In this document: piece by piece, positions 1 through 14,559 of the stretch
Numbering within the stretch: the stretch's first letter is position 1
Layout of the letters: each line of letters begins with the position of its first letter
Assembly (NCBI GenBank): GCA_002104945.1
Contig: MCFH01000001.1
Location: 1,674,001 to 1,738,000 of the forward strand
Length of the DNA stretch: 64,000 nt
Direction of reading: 5' to 3'
Source of the DNA: Piromyces finnis finn
Taxonomy: Eukaryota > Fungi > Neocallimastigomycota
Notes under the pieces: generated by a model
The model's input: the letters and a program-made list of their open reading frames with translations, nothing else
Databases searched by the model: none
What the model was told of the DNA's origin: nothing
Program-made: the position numbers and the translations under genes

Positions 1-509
1 ATAGTTTTATCAAAAAAAAAAAAAAAAGAAAAGAAAAAAAAATATTTTCTATTTTGAAAATTATAAAAGCAAAAATTTTAAAAAAGGAAATATAAAACGT
101 TTATATTCTGTTGTATTATGGGATATTAACAATCATATATACATAATCTTTTTATAATTTTTGATATTGTTTATTTTTTTTTATTACTATTGTTTTTATA
201 CATATATATATATGACGCGTTTAAAATATCTGATATACACATGCATATATATAATTTATACAGTCTTTAATTATATAAGAAAAACTGTATTTATTTAATT
301 ACATTATATATTAAAATATTAAAATATATCAAAATCAAAACCATTTTATTTTTTTAATATTTTAATTTTAGATTATTATATTAATAGTGATATGTATTGC
401 TATTATTATACCTATTATCATTTATTTTTGCGTTTTTAAAATAAATTTTTACTTTTTTTTTTTTTTCTTTTGATATAATTAAATTTACTTAATAAGATAA
501 TTTATATGA

Positions 510-1543
510 TTACATATGATATTGTTGATTTTGTTGTTGTGACATATTATTACGTACTAATCCTGGATTAGCTAAGGTGATATCTTGGAAGTATGGATGA
601 TTTAGGGCATCTCTTGCAGATATTCTTAACTTTGGTTGATATTGAAGCATTTTCTTTAATAAATCAATACCTAATGGGTCGATCATTGGTAATTTTAATG
701 CAAGATCTTGTTCTGGATAATATGGGAAATTGTTGTTGAATTCTGGTAATTTACTTACAAATGGCCAAGTAATATCATTTGGAGTTCCTAAAAGCTTAAA
801 TATACGAATTAATTGATCTTCATTAGTTTTTCCTGGGAATAATGGTTTTCCACTGTACATTTCAGCCATAATACAACCAACAGACCATATATCAATATTA
901 GTTGTATAATTTCTTGAACCTAAAAGAACATCAGGAGCTCTGTACCATAAAGTAACAACTTCGTTTGAAAAAGTATTAACAGGAATACCTATTTAATTAT
1001 TAAGTTATTTGAGTATAAAACACCATTTTTAAGTTTAGTTTTAATTATTTTTATTTTTTTTTAATAATTAAACATTTTACCATAAGCTCTAGCTAAACCA
1101 AAATCACCAATCTTCAATTCACCATTCTTATTAATTAAAAGATTCTGTGGCTTTAAATCTCTATGTAATACTCTATTTTCATGACAATAAGCAATACCTC
1201 TTAAAAGTTGGAACATGAAATGTTTACATAATGATGGTTCTAATGCACCATTAACACCATGACTATCCATATATTTTTTAAGGTCAAGGTCAACAAATTC
1301 GAAAACAAGTGTTAAAATTTTTTCAGTATGAATAACATCGTAAAGTCTTACAATATTAGCATGTCTTAATTCCTTCATTAATGAAATTTCTCTGATAGCA
1401 GTTGATGGAGCACCTTCTTCTGAATCAAGATGAATTTCCTTTAAAGCAACAATATCATTTGTTAATAAATTTTGACCTTTGAATACAGTAGCATAAGTAC
1501 CTTCACCAAGCTTTTCTAATTTTAAATATCTTGTTTCACTCAT
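510..1543 (-). CDS. PHO85: PHO85/CDK5-type cyclin-dependent kinase, 2 exons (1543-1081, 988-510)
   Basis: The translation has [40 protein letters not shown] and [10 protein letters not shown]. After a GT-AG intron (989-1080) it continues [23 protein letters not shown], in frame with ORF 510..869. Confidence 0.93.
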
Positions 1544-3056
1544 TTCCTAATTTTAAAAATTAAAATAATAAAATATTATTATTCAAAATAGAAAAATTCA
1601 ATTAAATAAAATTTTAAATCAATATATATTATACTAAGAACATAATAATTTCTGTTTATTGTTTTTTTTGTTTTTTTTGTTTTTTTTTTTTTTAATTTTT
1701 TTTTTTTTTTTTTTTTTTTTTTTGTTTTTCTTTTTGTTTTTGTTTTTTGTTTTAATTATTTATTTATTTCTATTAAATTAAGATATTCATCATTTAAACA
1801 TTGAATCATTGTATAATAAATTACTATTTGAATTATCTAAAAAGAAAAAAAAATAAAAGAAATTTTAAAATGATATATATTATACTGAGAACATAATGAA
1901 TTCTATTTGAATATTTATATATTTAAAAGAAATGTTTTTATTATTATTGTTTTTTATTGAATTAAATATCCATCATTAAACATTGAATTATTGTATAATT
2001 TAATAAATTGCGTCTATGAAGAAGAATTTAATTATTTAATGTATCAAGACAATGTTAATTATTATCTAAAATTTATGTTATTATATACTAAAGCATACCA
2101 ATGATGTTCCTTTTTAATAGAAATTGTTTTTGCTTTTTCTTTATTTATTTAAATAAAATGATTATTATTCAAATTTTATTTTTTTTTTTTTTTATCTTTT
2201 TTACTTTTTTCGAGATTTATAGAAGGTTTTTTTTTTTTTTTTACAAATTAGAGATAAATTATGTTAACAATAAATAAATTAACGTTTTTCCAATATATAT
2301 TTAACAAAGAAACACAATATGCAAGATAATATGAATAAAACGAAAATTAATGCATTTAATGGATTTATCAACAAATTTAATGTCAATCTCCTTGCAAATT
2401 ATTATTATTATTATAGAATATACTGATGTTAAATTTCAATACACTTGAATTGAATTAATAATATACCTATTATTTTTTACTTTATATCAGTTAATTTTAT
2501 TTACTGAGGAATAAAATTTTTACTTTTAATTGTATTTTAAAGTTTTTATTTATTTTTAAATATGGGTTTTAATTATGTTTATATATAAATTTTATTATAG
2601 TATTTGATTTGTTTTTCTTTATTATAAATTCGTAATTAAATTATATTATAAATAAAATTAATATTAATATATTATAAAATTTTAATGATATATTTTTCCC
2701 TATATATAATCATTTTTTGATTTTTTTTTTTTTTTTAATCTAATTTTACTGTAAAAATTTAGTAATAATAAAAAAATTCATAATAACATAACAGTATAAT
2801 AATAAATGCAATATTAAATAAAATATATTTTATTTTTATTATTAAATAAATTATTTTTTTTAAAAAAAAAAAAAAATTAAACACCCATAAATAAAATAAA
2901 TAAAATGAACTTTTACTTTGTTTTTTATACCATATATATATATTAAATTATGAAATATAAGTAACTAATGAATTAATTCTTATATTTCTTTTATTAAGTT
3001 TCTAAATTGTTTTTAAAAAGGTTAAGTACAAAAATGATATAATATTTCATAGAACA

Positions 3057-4257
3057 TTAATTTTTATCTAAAAATTTCCAATATAATTTATCCTGAATAT
3101 TATCTATAGATTTTTCAATAATTTCACATGTCTCTGGATTACGTTCAAGGTAATAAACCTTTTTAATGTTCATTTCCTTTAGATAATCATATAATTTATC
3201 ATAATGTAATCCTACTTGAGATGGATCATGACTATCATCCCCAAGAGTAATTTTACAGTTTTGAGAAAGAATATACTATAAATGAAAAAGGATAAAACGC
3301 TTTAGAAATAATACTCTACTACCTCAACTACATTATATTTATTACAATAAAATATAAAGTATTTTACCTGTAAAATATCCTTAAAAGGATAAGCATATTT
3401 TAATCCTTTTTTCCATGCTCTTGAGTTTATTTCAATAATACCTCCATAAGCATTTATTGCGTCAACATTTCTTCTTATTTTCTCCCAGGTTTTATCTGAG
3501 AGTTCGGTTTCTGGTGTAAACATTCTTATTACATCAAAATGACCAATAACTTTAGGTTGAAGTTCGGTAATAACTTCATATTGTGAATCAAAATATGCTT
3601 GATATAATGAATCTGCTGTTTTTTCTGAGGATTTTAATAAAGCATTATCAAACATCACTTTGTCAAAATCTGTTGGAGTTTCAAAAACATGATGAACTGA
3701 ACCAACTACATAATCTAATGGATATTCTTTTATGATATCTTTAATTTCTTGTATGGATTCACTATGAATATTTTCTGTTTCAGTACCAACAAGAATATTG
3801 ATTTTGTCAGAATATTTTTTTTGAAGACGGCGGGCTTCCTTGACAAATTCTATCCAAATTTCCTTTAATTTTTTACAATCAACATTCATCTTTATTTTTT
3901 AAAGAATAAATTCAAATATAAAAATTATAATTTAAATGAATTAATAAATTAAATAAAATGAAATTGTATTATTTGATATTATAAAATTAGTCTTAATTTT
4001 TAAAAAAAAAAAAAAAGTAATAATAACGATAATAATGTCTAAAATTACAAAAATAAGTCTTTACTATATTATATAATAAAATAAGTTCGCACCTCGATTT
4101 CTTCTGGATATAAATCCTGTGCTCTGGTTCTAAAGAAATGCTCTGATAATCCAATACAAACAAAACCTTTTTCAATTGCTGATAAAACAACATCTTCTAG
4201 TTTTCCGGAAGCATGACAACAAAATTGACCTGAATGAGAATGTAATGTTATTGGCAT
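3057..4257 (-). CDS. HIS2: Histidinol-phosphate phosphatase, PHP family (HisJ/His2), 3 exons
   Basis: PHP metal-ligand motifs are present: MPITLHSHSGQFCCHA, GLSEH, VVGSVHH, VIGHFD, IEINS and, in a third exon absent from the ORF track, ITLGDDSHDPSQVG. TAA stop at 3059-3057. Confidence 0.85.
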
Positions 4258-4570
4258 TTTAGATTATATAATTAATATTTATTATTATATTTTTCAATAA
4301 AAATTATAATAGACAAATTTCAATTTTGAAATCTTGATTTTACTATTATCTAATAAAAAAAATTTTATTCTACTTAAAAAAATTTTAAATTATATTTTAA
4401 TACATTATATATTTGTATGTATAATAAAAAATTTTACAAATAAAAAAAATTTGAAAATTTTCATATTATTTTTTTATTTTTATTGTTGCTGCTGTTATAA
4501 TTATCATTTATATTATAAAAATCTTTTTCTTTATTACTTTTTACTTTATATTAGCTTTTATAATTTTTAC

Positions 4571-4571
<1 letters not shown>

Positions 4572-4620
<49 letters not shown>

Positions 4621-4657
4621 GTTTATTATGTTTATTATGTTTATTATGTTTATTATT

Positions 4658-4712
<55 letters not shown>
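4572..4712. repeat. Compound microsatellite (TTA)n-(ATGTTTATT)n-(ATTT)n
   Basis: Read directly from the sequence. It accounts for the spurious low-complexity end of ORF 4334..4714. Confidence 0.95.
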
Positions 4713-4714
<2 letters not shown>

Positions 4715-4813
4715 TTATCATAATCTTATTCTAAATTTTATTTAATTTTAAAGTTTTAAAATATGAAAAAACATTTAATAATTTCACTGTTGAATTAATA
4801 GAAATTAAGAATT

Positions 4814-7800
4814 TTATGAGGTTCCTGTATTAGTATTATCGCTAGTTGAATTAACTTGAGTTTCTTCAATATTTGTATTTTCACCATTATTATCTGTTAT
4901 ATTTTCGCTCTCATTTAAATTTACAGTAGAATTAAACTTTGATGAAGTTGTTGGTGATTGAACAACAGGAGTAAAAGTTCCTTTAGATGAAAAAAGTTCA
5001 CTCTTTAATTTTGGCAATACATGAGATAATATTTTCCATGTTAAATTCCATAATTCATTATATTCTGGATCTGGTTTATTTGCCTCTTCAGGTGATTTAT
5101 AGAATACACCTTGAGCATACATAACTAAAAGTATGTTTTTAATAGATTCTATTACGCCTTCCTTCTATTTAATTTATATTTTTTAATATATTTTAAATAT
5201 ATATTAATATTTATTTTTTCTATGTTTTAATAATTTTTATATATGTATATTTAACTTACTAAAAACTCTGATTTTGCTGCAAGTAAATAACGACATAAAT
5301 ATTGTAATATATCAGACCATATACGTTCTAATTCTTTAGCATTTATTTTTGAAAAGTAATGTAAAAAGATTTTACACATTAAATCAGAAGCTCTTGCCAT
5401 AGTTTCATCCATTCCACTTGGATCAAGATTATAAACTTCTTTCTTTAATAATTCTTCTAAAAGTGGGAATAAAACATTATCAAAACAATCTGACCAGAAG
5501 TTAGCATTGCTGTTTGATTCTAAATCATTTGATAATAAGTTTCTCTTAAGATAAACTAATGCAGATTGACGAACTTCTTTACATGAATGGTAACACTGTT
5601 GTCCTAAGCCAGAAAGAATTGGTAACCAAAATTCAAACCATGCTCTTTCTGAACGCATACCAGTAGAACGAATTAAATATGGAATTAATGAATGTAATGA
5701 ATATAACTTTTCAAGTGCTTTTAATGCATATTCATTTGTAAGGTCATTACTTTTATTACTATTATTATATTTTATTAAAAAAATAATAATAATTTTTGGT
5801 TATTTAAGGTTAAATTATAAAAATATAAATTTTAAAATCAAATAATAAATTAAATTACTTTTTAGATATTTTAGAGCTTTGGTTAGTTTTTTTATTACGT
5901 TCATTATCACCACCATTCATTGATATTGTTGCCATGAATCCAATAAGGAAATCAACTATATCACCAAAGTTCTCTTGTGATACAGCTGAACTTTCTGGAG
6001 CCTTTAAAGACTCATCAATTAATGTAACCATGGTATTAAATGTATATTTAGAAGACAAAAATGTTGTGGAATTTAATGAAATTAAATCAATAATATGTGC
6101 CCAAATATTATTATCCCTACATAAATATATAAAGTTTATTAATATTATGTATATACTTTATTTATAATTATATATTTAATTATTACTTTATGTATTGAGG
6201 TGCTTCTTTAACTAAAATATCAACATCAGCCATTAATGGATCACTAATATCATTCATTATATTAGTTGGTATTAATTTTAATGATTCAAATGTAGAAATA
6301 ACAAGTTCTGGCTTAATATTAAGCTCAATAAGCTTTCTACACAATTTCATTAAAGAGAACACAGTATGTTCAATTAAATATGATGGACAATACGATGCGT
6401 TTTTAAGTATTTCAATACAATGATCAAATGCAATAGTCCATAATTCTTCAACTCTGTCTGCATTTTCAATAGTAATTTTAGTTAACCAATTAAGGAAAAA
6501 TAAAGCAGCTGTTGAAAATTCGATTTTGTTATTACCATTTCTTGGACTTTGAAGATTTTTAGTAGAACTATTTGGTAATGATTGTTTGCTATTATTTATA
6601 CTATTAATCTGTTCAACAAAATATTGATGAGTTAAAGATTCATTGCTAGTTAATGAATTTGTTGAAGAATCGTTTTTTTCCATATTTTGTACTTGTTTAT
6701 TAATGTTTTTTAATGATGTGGTTCTTTTTATTGATTTAAAGGAGTATTGAATCATAGCATTACATAATTCAATTAATGATTCTTTACTCATAGTTTTTAT
6801 GTTATTAAATATATCTGAAATTCTACTAGATTTAATACATTCAGAAGTAAAGTGTTGAGCTGCTAATTCTTCTTGGGTTGGTTGATAATTATCTTCATTT
6901 TGTTGTGCTAAAGCAAATTGGAACAATGTTGATATAAAACCAGCATCTCTACGAATAGAATCTGATTTTTTAACAGGTTTTGCTGTAATTAAATGAGGAA
7001 TTTGAGACTTTCCGCGAATAACATCTTCATATTCAGTTAATGATTCTGGTAATAATGAATGTAAAAACAAATTATTTATACATTGCATAATATTCTTCCA
7101 TCCTCCAATAATATTATTTCCATAATCAGCAATTATATCAAACATTAATAAAGAAGCAACCTGGCCTTTAGTATTACTACCAAATTCAACAGACCATTTA
7201 TCAAGTGTTTTTGGTTTTGCAAGTGGATCATAATTTTCTGGGGTTTCATTTTGAAGGCCAGATAATAAGGAAAGAGAATTTATAACATTATCAATAATAT
7301 TGTTCATCTTAAATTTTTTAGCAATTAATGTACAATAATGAAGACCAATAATAGCTTTCTGAATAGTTATATCATCTTCTGCAGTATCAAAAGCATAGCT
7401 AATAGCTGCAATAGTTAGATTACAAGTTGCAACAAACATATTTTTATCATATATAGCAGTATCACATATAGTAAAAGCATCTATAAATGTATTAATAAAT
7501 ATTAATTTAAAAAATAATAAATATACAAATAATAATGTTTAAATATATATATATATAATGTATTATTGACATAAATATAAATAAAAAATTATTATATATA
7601 TTACTATCAGTTTTAGATCTTTGAATAAGCTCTCTCCATTGGTAATTAAAACCAAGTTCACCATCATGTTCTTCTGGCATAATAATTTCCGATTCACGAA
7701 TAGCATTAAAAATCTTAGTTAAATATTCTATACTAAGATCCTTTCCATCATTAATACCGCTAACATTTCTCTTGAAATCATTAAATGTCATTTTATTTCT

Positions 7801-10800
7801 AACTTGTGGATTGTGTTGGTCAGTATTTAACATAACAATAGCATATGATAAAATAAATGCAGCATCCTCATTTGCAAACTCCTTATCACCACTCTCTTTA
7901 TTATCATTATTGTTGTTGTTGTTGTTGTCATTATGGCATTATTATTATTATTATTATTATTATCAAAAAGTTTAAATTAAACAATTAATTTAGTAATAAA
8001 TATATATATATATATTGTTAAATTATATTAATTTTTACCCTTTGAAGAAATGTAATAATGTCTTGAGAAAGCTTGTAAAATTCTCTCAATTTGTTGAGAT
8101 TCACCTGGTAATCTGAAAGATTCAAGCATCATACGGATTGCTTCATCCAAACGTTTCTATTTTTTTTTTTTTTTTTTTTTTTGAGTTAATTATTATAAAT
8201 AGTTTTTATATAAATTATTAATTTTAATAATATAATAATATAAAAAAATATTCATAAATATATATTACATTATGGAAATCATAAAGACTAATAAATGCAG
8301 CTAATAAATCAACATTATCTGGTTTTGCAATAAATTCACCAAGTGCTTTTTTATTAACTTGTGGTGTAGACTTCAAAAAAATAGCTAAGCTGTAGGAATC
8401 TACTGGTGTTGGTAAGAATTTATGTTTTTGCAAGAAATCAATACCTTGTTTAGGTTTAACATTAAATCTTCTAGCACCTTCTTTCCATATTTCCTTCTTT
8501 TGTTTATGATCCAATAATAATTCCGGAGATAAGAATAAAAGTTCATTTGAATTTGGTTTATAACTTTTACTACAACTACGATCAACAATACCCTTTAAAA
8601 AACTTAATAAACCATCTAAACATATAATTTGATGAATTGAAGAAGTAACTGGACCACCTGGAGTACAATCTGGAAAAGCATGCTTAGATAAGAAATAAAC
8701 AAATATTTCAAATAGATTATTTTGGCTTGAAATAGAACCATCATAATTAACATATAAATCAGTTATGAAAGTTGGAATTTGAACTAGTTGAAGAATACAT
8801 TGAAGAAACAATTCACGAACTTCTGGAACAATAGACCAATTAGAATTACGTTGTCTCTGATTTCTTTGTAAAGTGTTAAATCCTTGATTATCAGTTGCGA
8901 ATTTAGTTTTATTTTCGTCAACAGTATTTGAATTAGATGATGGTTCAGATTTATTTTCTTGATTATTAAGACTTTCTGAAGAATCATGGTTCTTTGAACT
9001 ATTTTTATTATCAACAATGAATTCATTTAAATCCCATACTACTACACCACAATCGATTTGATTCATTATATATATCATAAAGAATTCTAATTGATGTTTC
9101 AAATGACCATGGAAAATTTGAAATAAAGCTATAATCAGTCTGAGTGCTGCTGATAAAAGAGATAAAGTATTAGAAGATGGTGGAGAAGCAAATGTTAAAG
9201 ATTCCATACGAATTAAAAGGAATAAATGTTTAAATAATTCATTCAATAAAAGATCTTTTATAGTTAAAGCCATTGATTCTTCTTCACTTAATAAATTTTC
9301 TAGAGATTCTATTGAAGGAATATCAGACTCGTTTAATGAATTAGAACTTTCTTGAATATTATTATTACTATCATTGACCTTAATCAAATTTCCATTTGAG
9401 GAATTTGGACTTTCTTCACTGTCTTTCATTTCAGAGGAATTTTCATTATTTTGATCTACATTAATATTAAAATTACCAACTTGAACAAATTGTTTATCAT
9501 CTACAATATTATCTCCTTTTGATGACATTTTTAATTCCTTTCTTGGATCAATTTGAACAGATGAATTTCTACGATGCTTATTTTTATTTGTTGAAGATAA
9601 ATTCTTTTCTACCTTTTCAGCAATTTCAATCCATTTTTTTAAGCTTTGACCGCCAACCTCTAAAACAGTATTTAATAAACGAATGGCAACTATTCTATGT
9701 ATGGAATCAGTATGTTTTTTATCTTTTGGATTTACTAATGATACTAATACACTTAAAGTTTCTAATATTGCTGGTTTACCAAAAGGTATAAATGTTTCTT
9801 CCATCTTTTCTTGTTCAATTAAAGGTTCTTCTTCTTTTGCCATAGTTGTATCCATTAAAAATACCTTTTCTGTTGGATATTGTTGAACTTGTCTTTTGGT
9901 ATGAGTATCATTAATTTTATTAGTAATAATTGATGTTGATCTTGATTTCTGATGATTTTCATATTTAAGAATAGATACTTCATTTTCAGATTCGGTTTTA
10001 TCACTTTTTGGTACCTGTGGTTTAATTGTTAATGTTTCTTTTAAAATTTGACTATCCAAATATATAGTTTTGCTTAATCTGTTTAATTTTAATTTTTAGT
10101 ATAGAAATTATTCAATTAATAAAAAGAGTTAAAAAAGTAAAGAATAATACTTATGAGAAAAAAAAAACCTCGTAAAAGCAACTTGAATTAATACTACTAA
10201 AGTATGTTCTGCTGATCTACGTAATAATTCTTTATTTTTTTTTTTTTTAAGTTGTTCATCATATTTTTTATAATATTAAAAAAAATTATTTTTCAAAATA
10301 TATAAATTTTAATGGCAAATAAATTTAATTTTTATTATTAATCAATTCATAATTTATTTATATTAGTATAATTCTGTTATACCATTAACTCTAACTTGAA
10401 AACACATTCCAAATGCAGCTTCAACCATTTCACAAATTGCTTTATCATCAAGACCATATTTTCCTGCTTTACTTGTTGCTGTAACTTGTAATAAACGTAA
10501 AATTTGTGATAATACAACTTCATCCGAAGCAACATCTGTGGCTTCAAATTTGCAATGAGTAACTGATGTTACTAACGCTGAAATAGCATAATACAAATTT
10601 GGATGTTTTATATCTTAAATATAAATAATATTTTAATAAATATTTAATCTTTTTTTTTTCAAATTATCATGAATTTTATGTAACTATAGTAATATTTAAT
10701 ATTTACTAATTATTTCATATTTAATAAACTTTTCAACACTAGATAATGCGGCACCAGTAATTGGACCAGTTGTTTCTCCACTTCTAATGATTTCTAAAAA

Positions 10801-11362
10801 TGGATATAATAATTCAAATGGATCTAATTCACTTACAGCTGTCAGATAGTTTATATATTTACATATATACATACATATTATATGTTATTTAATTTATGTT
10901 TTTTCAATAAAGTTTATGATAATAATTATATAAATTTACAATGAATGTATGGAAGCCTATTTTGTAATTTTATTAAATCCTGTAATAATTTGTTATTCTT
11001 CAAGCGTAATAAATATTTAAATTTAATATTATAAAAAGATTAAATATAAATATAGAATATAAAATAACAATTATTCTTTTGACAATAATATTTTTTTTTT
11101 TTTTTACTTTCTCGTATTTAACATTTGTAGAAATATCTTCAGCATTCATTAAATTTTCATAATATTTTTTCCCACCCATAATGGACAATGCTGTGATTTG
11201 ATTTTTGGAAATGTTTGAATTACTTCTTTCTAATATATTGCTTATTGAGATGCTCCATCTTTGATTTTTTCTCATAACATTGATGAGGGAAACAATTTCT
11301 GAATTAATAATATATGTCCATTTTAATTCAGGAAAAGAATCTAAGTTTCTTCCTTTACTCAT
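4814..11362 (-). CDS. Sec7-domain Arf guanine-nucleotide exchange factor, GBF1/Gea1-Gea2 family, multi-exon
   Basis: DCB-region motifs PFLEIIRSGETTGPITGAALSSVEKF and CKFEATDVASDEVVL. Sec7 segments EGARRFNVKPKQGIDFL, FRLPGESQQIERILQAFSRHY, LNTDQHNPQVRNKMT and IRESEIIMPEEH. C-terminal GBF1-like CYHSCKEVRQSAL segment. Several GT-AG junctions were checked and keep frame. Confidence 0.92.
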
Positions 11363-12154
11363 TCTTGTTTATAATCTTTATTAAAAATTATTACATTTTT
11401 TTCGATAATTTCAAATTAAAAGCAAAATATATAAATGTTATTAATATTTACTAAATAAACATTCAAATAAATTTAACATAATGAAATTATATAATATTAA
11501 ATATAAAAATTTCATAAAAGATATATAAAAGGCAAAAATAAAATTAAAAAAAAATAAATAAAATAAAATGAAGCTGTTCTTAATAAAAATAAATAAATAA
11601 ATAAAAATACAAACCTTTCAACAATTATGAAAAAGTATTTACTGCTTTTCAATTTTTAATATTTTTTTTAAGGTTTATTGTAAATATATATATATCAAAA
11701 TTTTCTTCTATTTGTATCCTTTATTTTTTTTTTTTCCTTTTCTAATTAATTTGATTTCTTCAGATGTTTTTCTTTATATTTCAATTGAATATTTACTTAT
11801 TTATTTAATATAAATAAATGGTATAATAAATTTATTAAATATATATTAAACTATTTTTATTCCTCTAATTTTTACAATTATTATATGATTTATTATATTA
11901 TATAATTACATATATATAAATATAAAAACAAGGAAAAAGGGAAATTATTTAAATATATTTAATAAATATTTATAAATAAGTCTCAAAAAATTGAAGTTGA
12001 AAAGTCTTAATTTTTTTTACTTTTTTATTATTTCAATATATTATATTTTTATAAATTTTATATATTCAATTAATTATGAATAAGAAACATTCATCAAATT
12101 AAATATAAAATTAAAAAAAAAATATTTTTTAAAATTTCCAAACTATGATTTTTC

Positions 12155-12185
<31 letters not shown>

Positions 12186-12866
12186 TGATTTAGTAATATT
12201 TTTATATAGTATATTCGTTTTTCTTATCTACTTTTTATAATATTTTCCTTTCTTTAAATAACAACATCATTATATAATTATTACATTGTTTTTAATTTAA
12301 ACCCCTCTTTTTTTCATAAGGAATGTAAAAAAACAGAATTACCTTTATTTAATGCCTCTTTAATTAATTATAATAATGTATATATTAATTATGATGAAAA
12401 TTCAAAATACTCAATATTAATTATAAAATAATAAATTTCATATAAAATGACTTAATAATAATAATAATACTTTTATAGTACCATGTTTTATATTAAAAGC
12501 TTTAATAGTTTTCAAATATTAACAAATCTAATAATCCAAGAAAACTATCAAAAAATTTTACATATATTTTATATTTTACATATATATATACAAACAATTA
12601 TAATATTATTTATAATAAAATAAATATTTATATTTTTATTTTTTTTTTAATTCAAGTTGTTATGTAACTTTATTTTAAATTTTTACCTGCTAATTGTGAC
12701 TTGTCAACTTTTAATTAAAATTTTATTGTTGGTAAATTTATTAGCATACTAAAAATTACCATGGCGGAAAAACATGAAATATCCCAAATTCTTGAAAATT
12801 AATTTATAAATCACAATTTTTTTTCTTTCTTGGTTTTTACAGTACAAAATTTATATTTAATAATAA

Positions 12867-12936
12867 AAAAAAAAAAGCTCTAATCTCTAATATATGTTTG
12901 AAAATATATATATTAGAGATTAGAGCTTTTTTTTTT
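12867..12936. repeat. Perfect inverted repeat (19-bp core arms plus 10-bp A/T tails, 12-nt spacer)
   Basis: GCTCTAATCTCTAATATAT (12877-12895) is the exact reverse complement of ATATATTAGAGATTAGAGC (12908-12926), flanked by poly-A and poly-T. Confidence 0.95.
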
Positions 12937-13945
12937 ATTTGGGTTAGAATATAAAATATATTAAGTCTGATCAAAATTTTTTTAATATAAAAAGAATTTT
13001 GCTAATTGAAATTGGAGATATATTTAAAGAAAACCTTTAGATTATAACTTTTAATTGGTTAGAATTTTATAAAATGTTTACTATTCAAATTTCATTAGTT
13101 TCTATAAAGGGAAAATAATAAAATAGAAAATAAAAAAGATAAAAATATTTTTATTATTATTACAGTCGTTTTATGATTATTGAATTATAAATATTAAATA
13201 TTATTAGCTTCTTTATTAAAAAAAAAAAAGGAAAATTACTTTTATTTTATTTTTTTTTTCAAATAATAATATATTTTAATAATTGAATATATTTCAAAAT
13301 CTTTTAGCATTTTCTGAATTTTTTTTTCTTTATAATCTGTTATATTGATCTTATACAGTCAATCCTTTACAAATCTATTTTTTTTTAATAATAGAGGTAA
13401 CTTAGAGATGTATTTATACACAGGTATAATATTTGAAATTGTTCTATTGAAGCAAATTAAGATATAATAATTTGAGAAGCTAAAAGAAACATATTGAAAG
13501 ATTAATTATAATGCTATTTTCCTTTTTACTATTAATTCAAAAAATTACTGTTAAAATCCGAATTTGAGTAAAGTTAGATACCTTATAAAGTATCTTATAT
13601 AACAACTAAATATTTTGTGAGAGTTAATAATGATGATATATTGTACTATTAATTTTTTTTTTTGAAGTATAACCTATTTTATAATTATTTATTTTTTAAT
13701 AATTAATTAATTAAAACTAAATCTACTATATTTTTAAATAAACTTCTATTATCTATTTTATGTTTTATTTTTTATTTTTATTTTCATTTTTATTTTTTTT
13801 AAATTTTCAAAAATGTATTAAAATGTATTAAAATGTATTAATGTATTGATAATGTACATTAAATATATTGGTTATAGTATTTTAAAAATAAAAATAATTT
13901 ATCTAAAGTGTTAAAAAATTTATATAATATTATATATATTTTATA

Positions 13946-14559
13946 ATGACAAATACAAATAAAAGAAAAAACTCAGATGAAAATAGCAATATAAAGACAA
14001 AGATTGCCATACCAAAGTACTCAACAATAACTATTTCGAATAACGAATTTCATTATGTGAAAGTTAATCTGTAATTTTCCTTTTTTTTTTTTCTACTTAA
14101 AATAATTATTTTCTTAATAACTATTTGATATATATCATTATGTATTTAATTAATTAAATTTAAAATCTTAATTCACAGTGAATTCGAGAGCCCTAGGAAA
14201 CTCTCTGAAGGTTTTTTTAAAAAAGCAATTACAACAGCACTTTATGAAGCATTTGGAAATGTTGGTTCGGGATTAGCTATAGATATATTGGAATTTGATT
14301 TTGAAAATCAAATAAGTTTATTAAGGATACCTAATGAGTAATTTTTTATCATTATTATAATTATAATTATCATTTTTATTTAATATTTAATATTAAATAT
14401 TTGATTTTTAAATTATATAACAGTTATATATCAGTTTTTGGAAGTGCATTAACATTATTTCATTCTTTTGAAAAAAATCCTTGCCGTTTTAACATTATAT
14501 CAACATCACCATTTTTAATTTCATTAGCACATAACTCAAGATCTTGGAATCCATCATAA
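13946..14559 (+). CDS. RNase P/MRP protein subunit, Rpp14/Pop8 (Rpp14/Pop5 family)-like, 3 exons (13946-14070, 14179-14337, 14424-14559)
   Basis: Splicing at canonical GT-AG sites gives an open protein of about 140 aa: ...FHYVKVNLEFESPRKLSEGFFKKAITTALYEAFGNVGSGLAIDILEFDFENQISLLRIPNDYISVFGSALTL...CRFNIISTSPFLISLAHNSRSW. The AL..FG..G....DIL, SALT and S..L.SL pattern matches the Rpp14/Pop8 family as I know it. Not in the ORF track. Confidence 0.75.

Noticed and set aside
4334-4714. 126-aa plus-strand ORF rich in Ile/Phe/Tyr
   Set aside because: It is the translation of AT-rich intergenic DNA and a compound microsatellite, with no coding signature.
12761-12802. 13-codon ORF (MAEKHEISQILEN) in a strong ACCATGG context near the inverted repeat
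   Set aside because: It is too short, has no splice donor to extend it and no recognisable homology.
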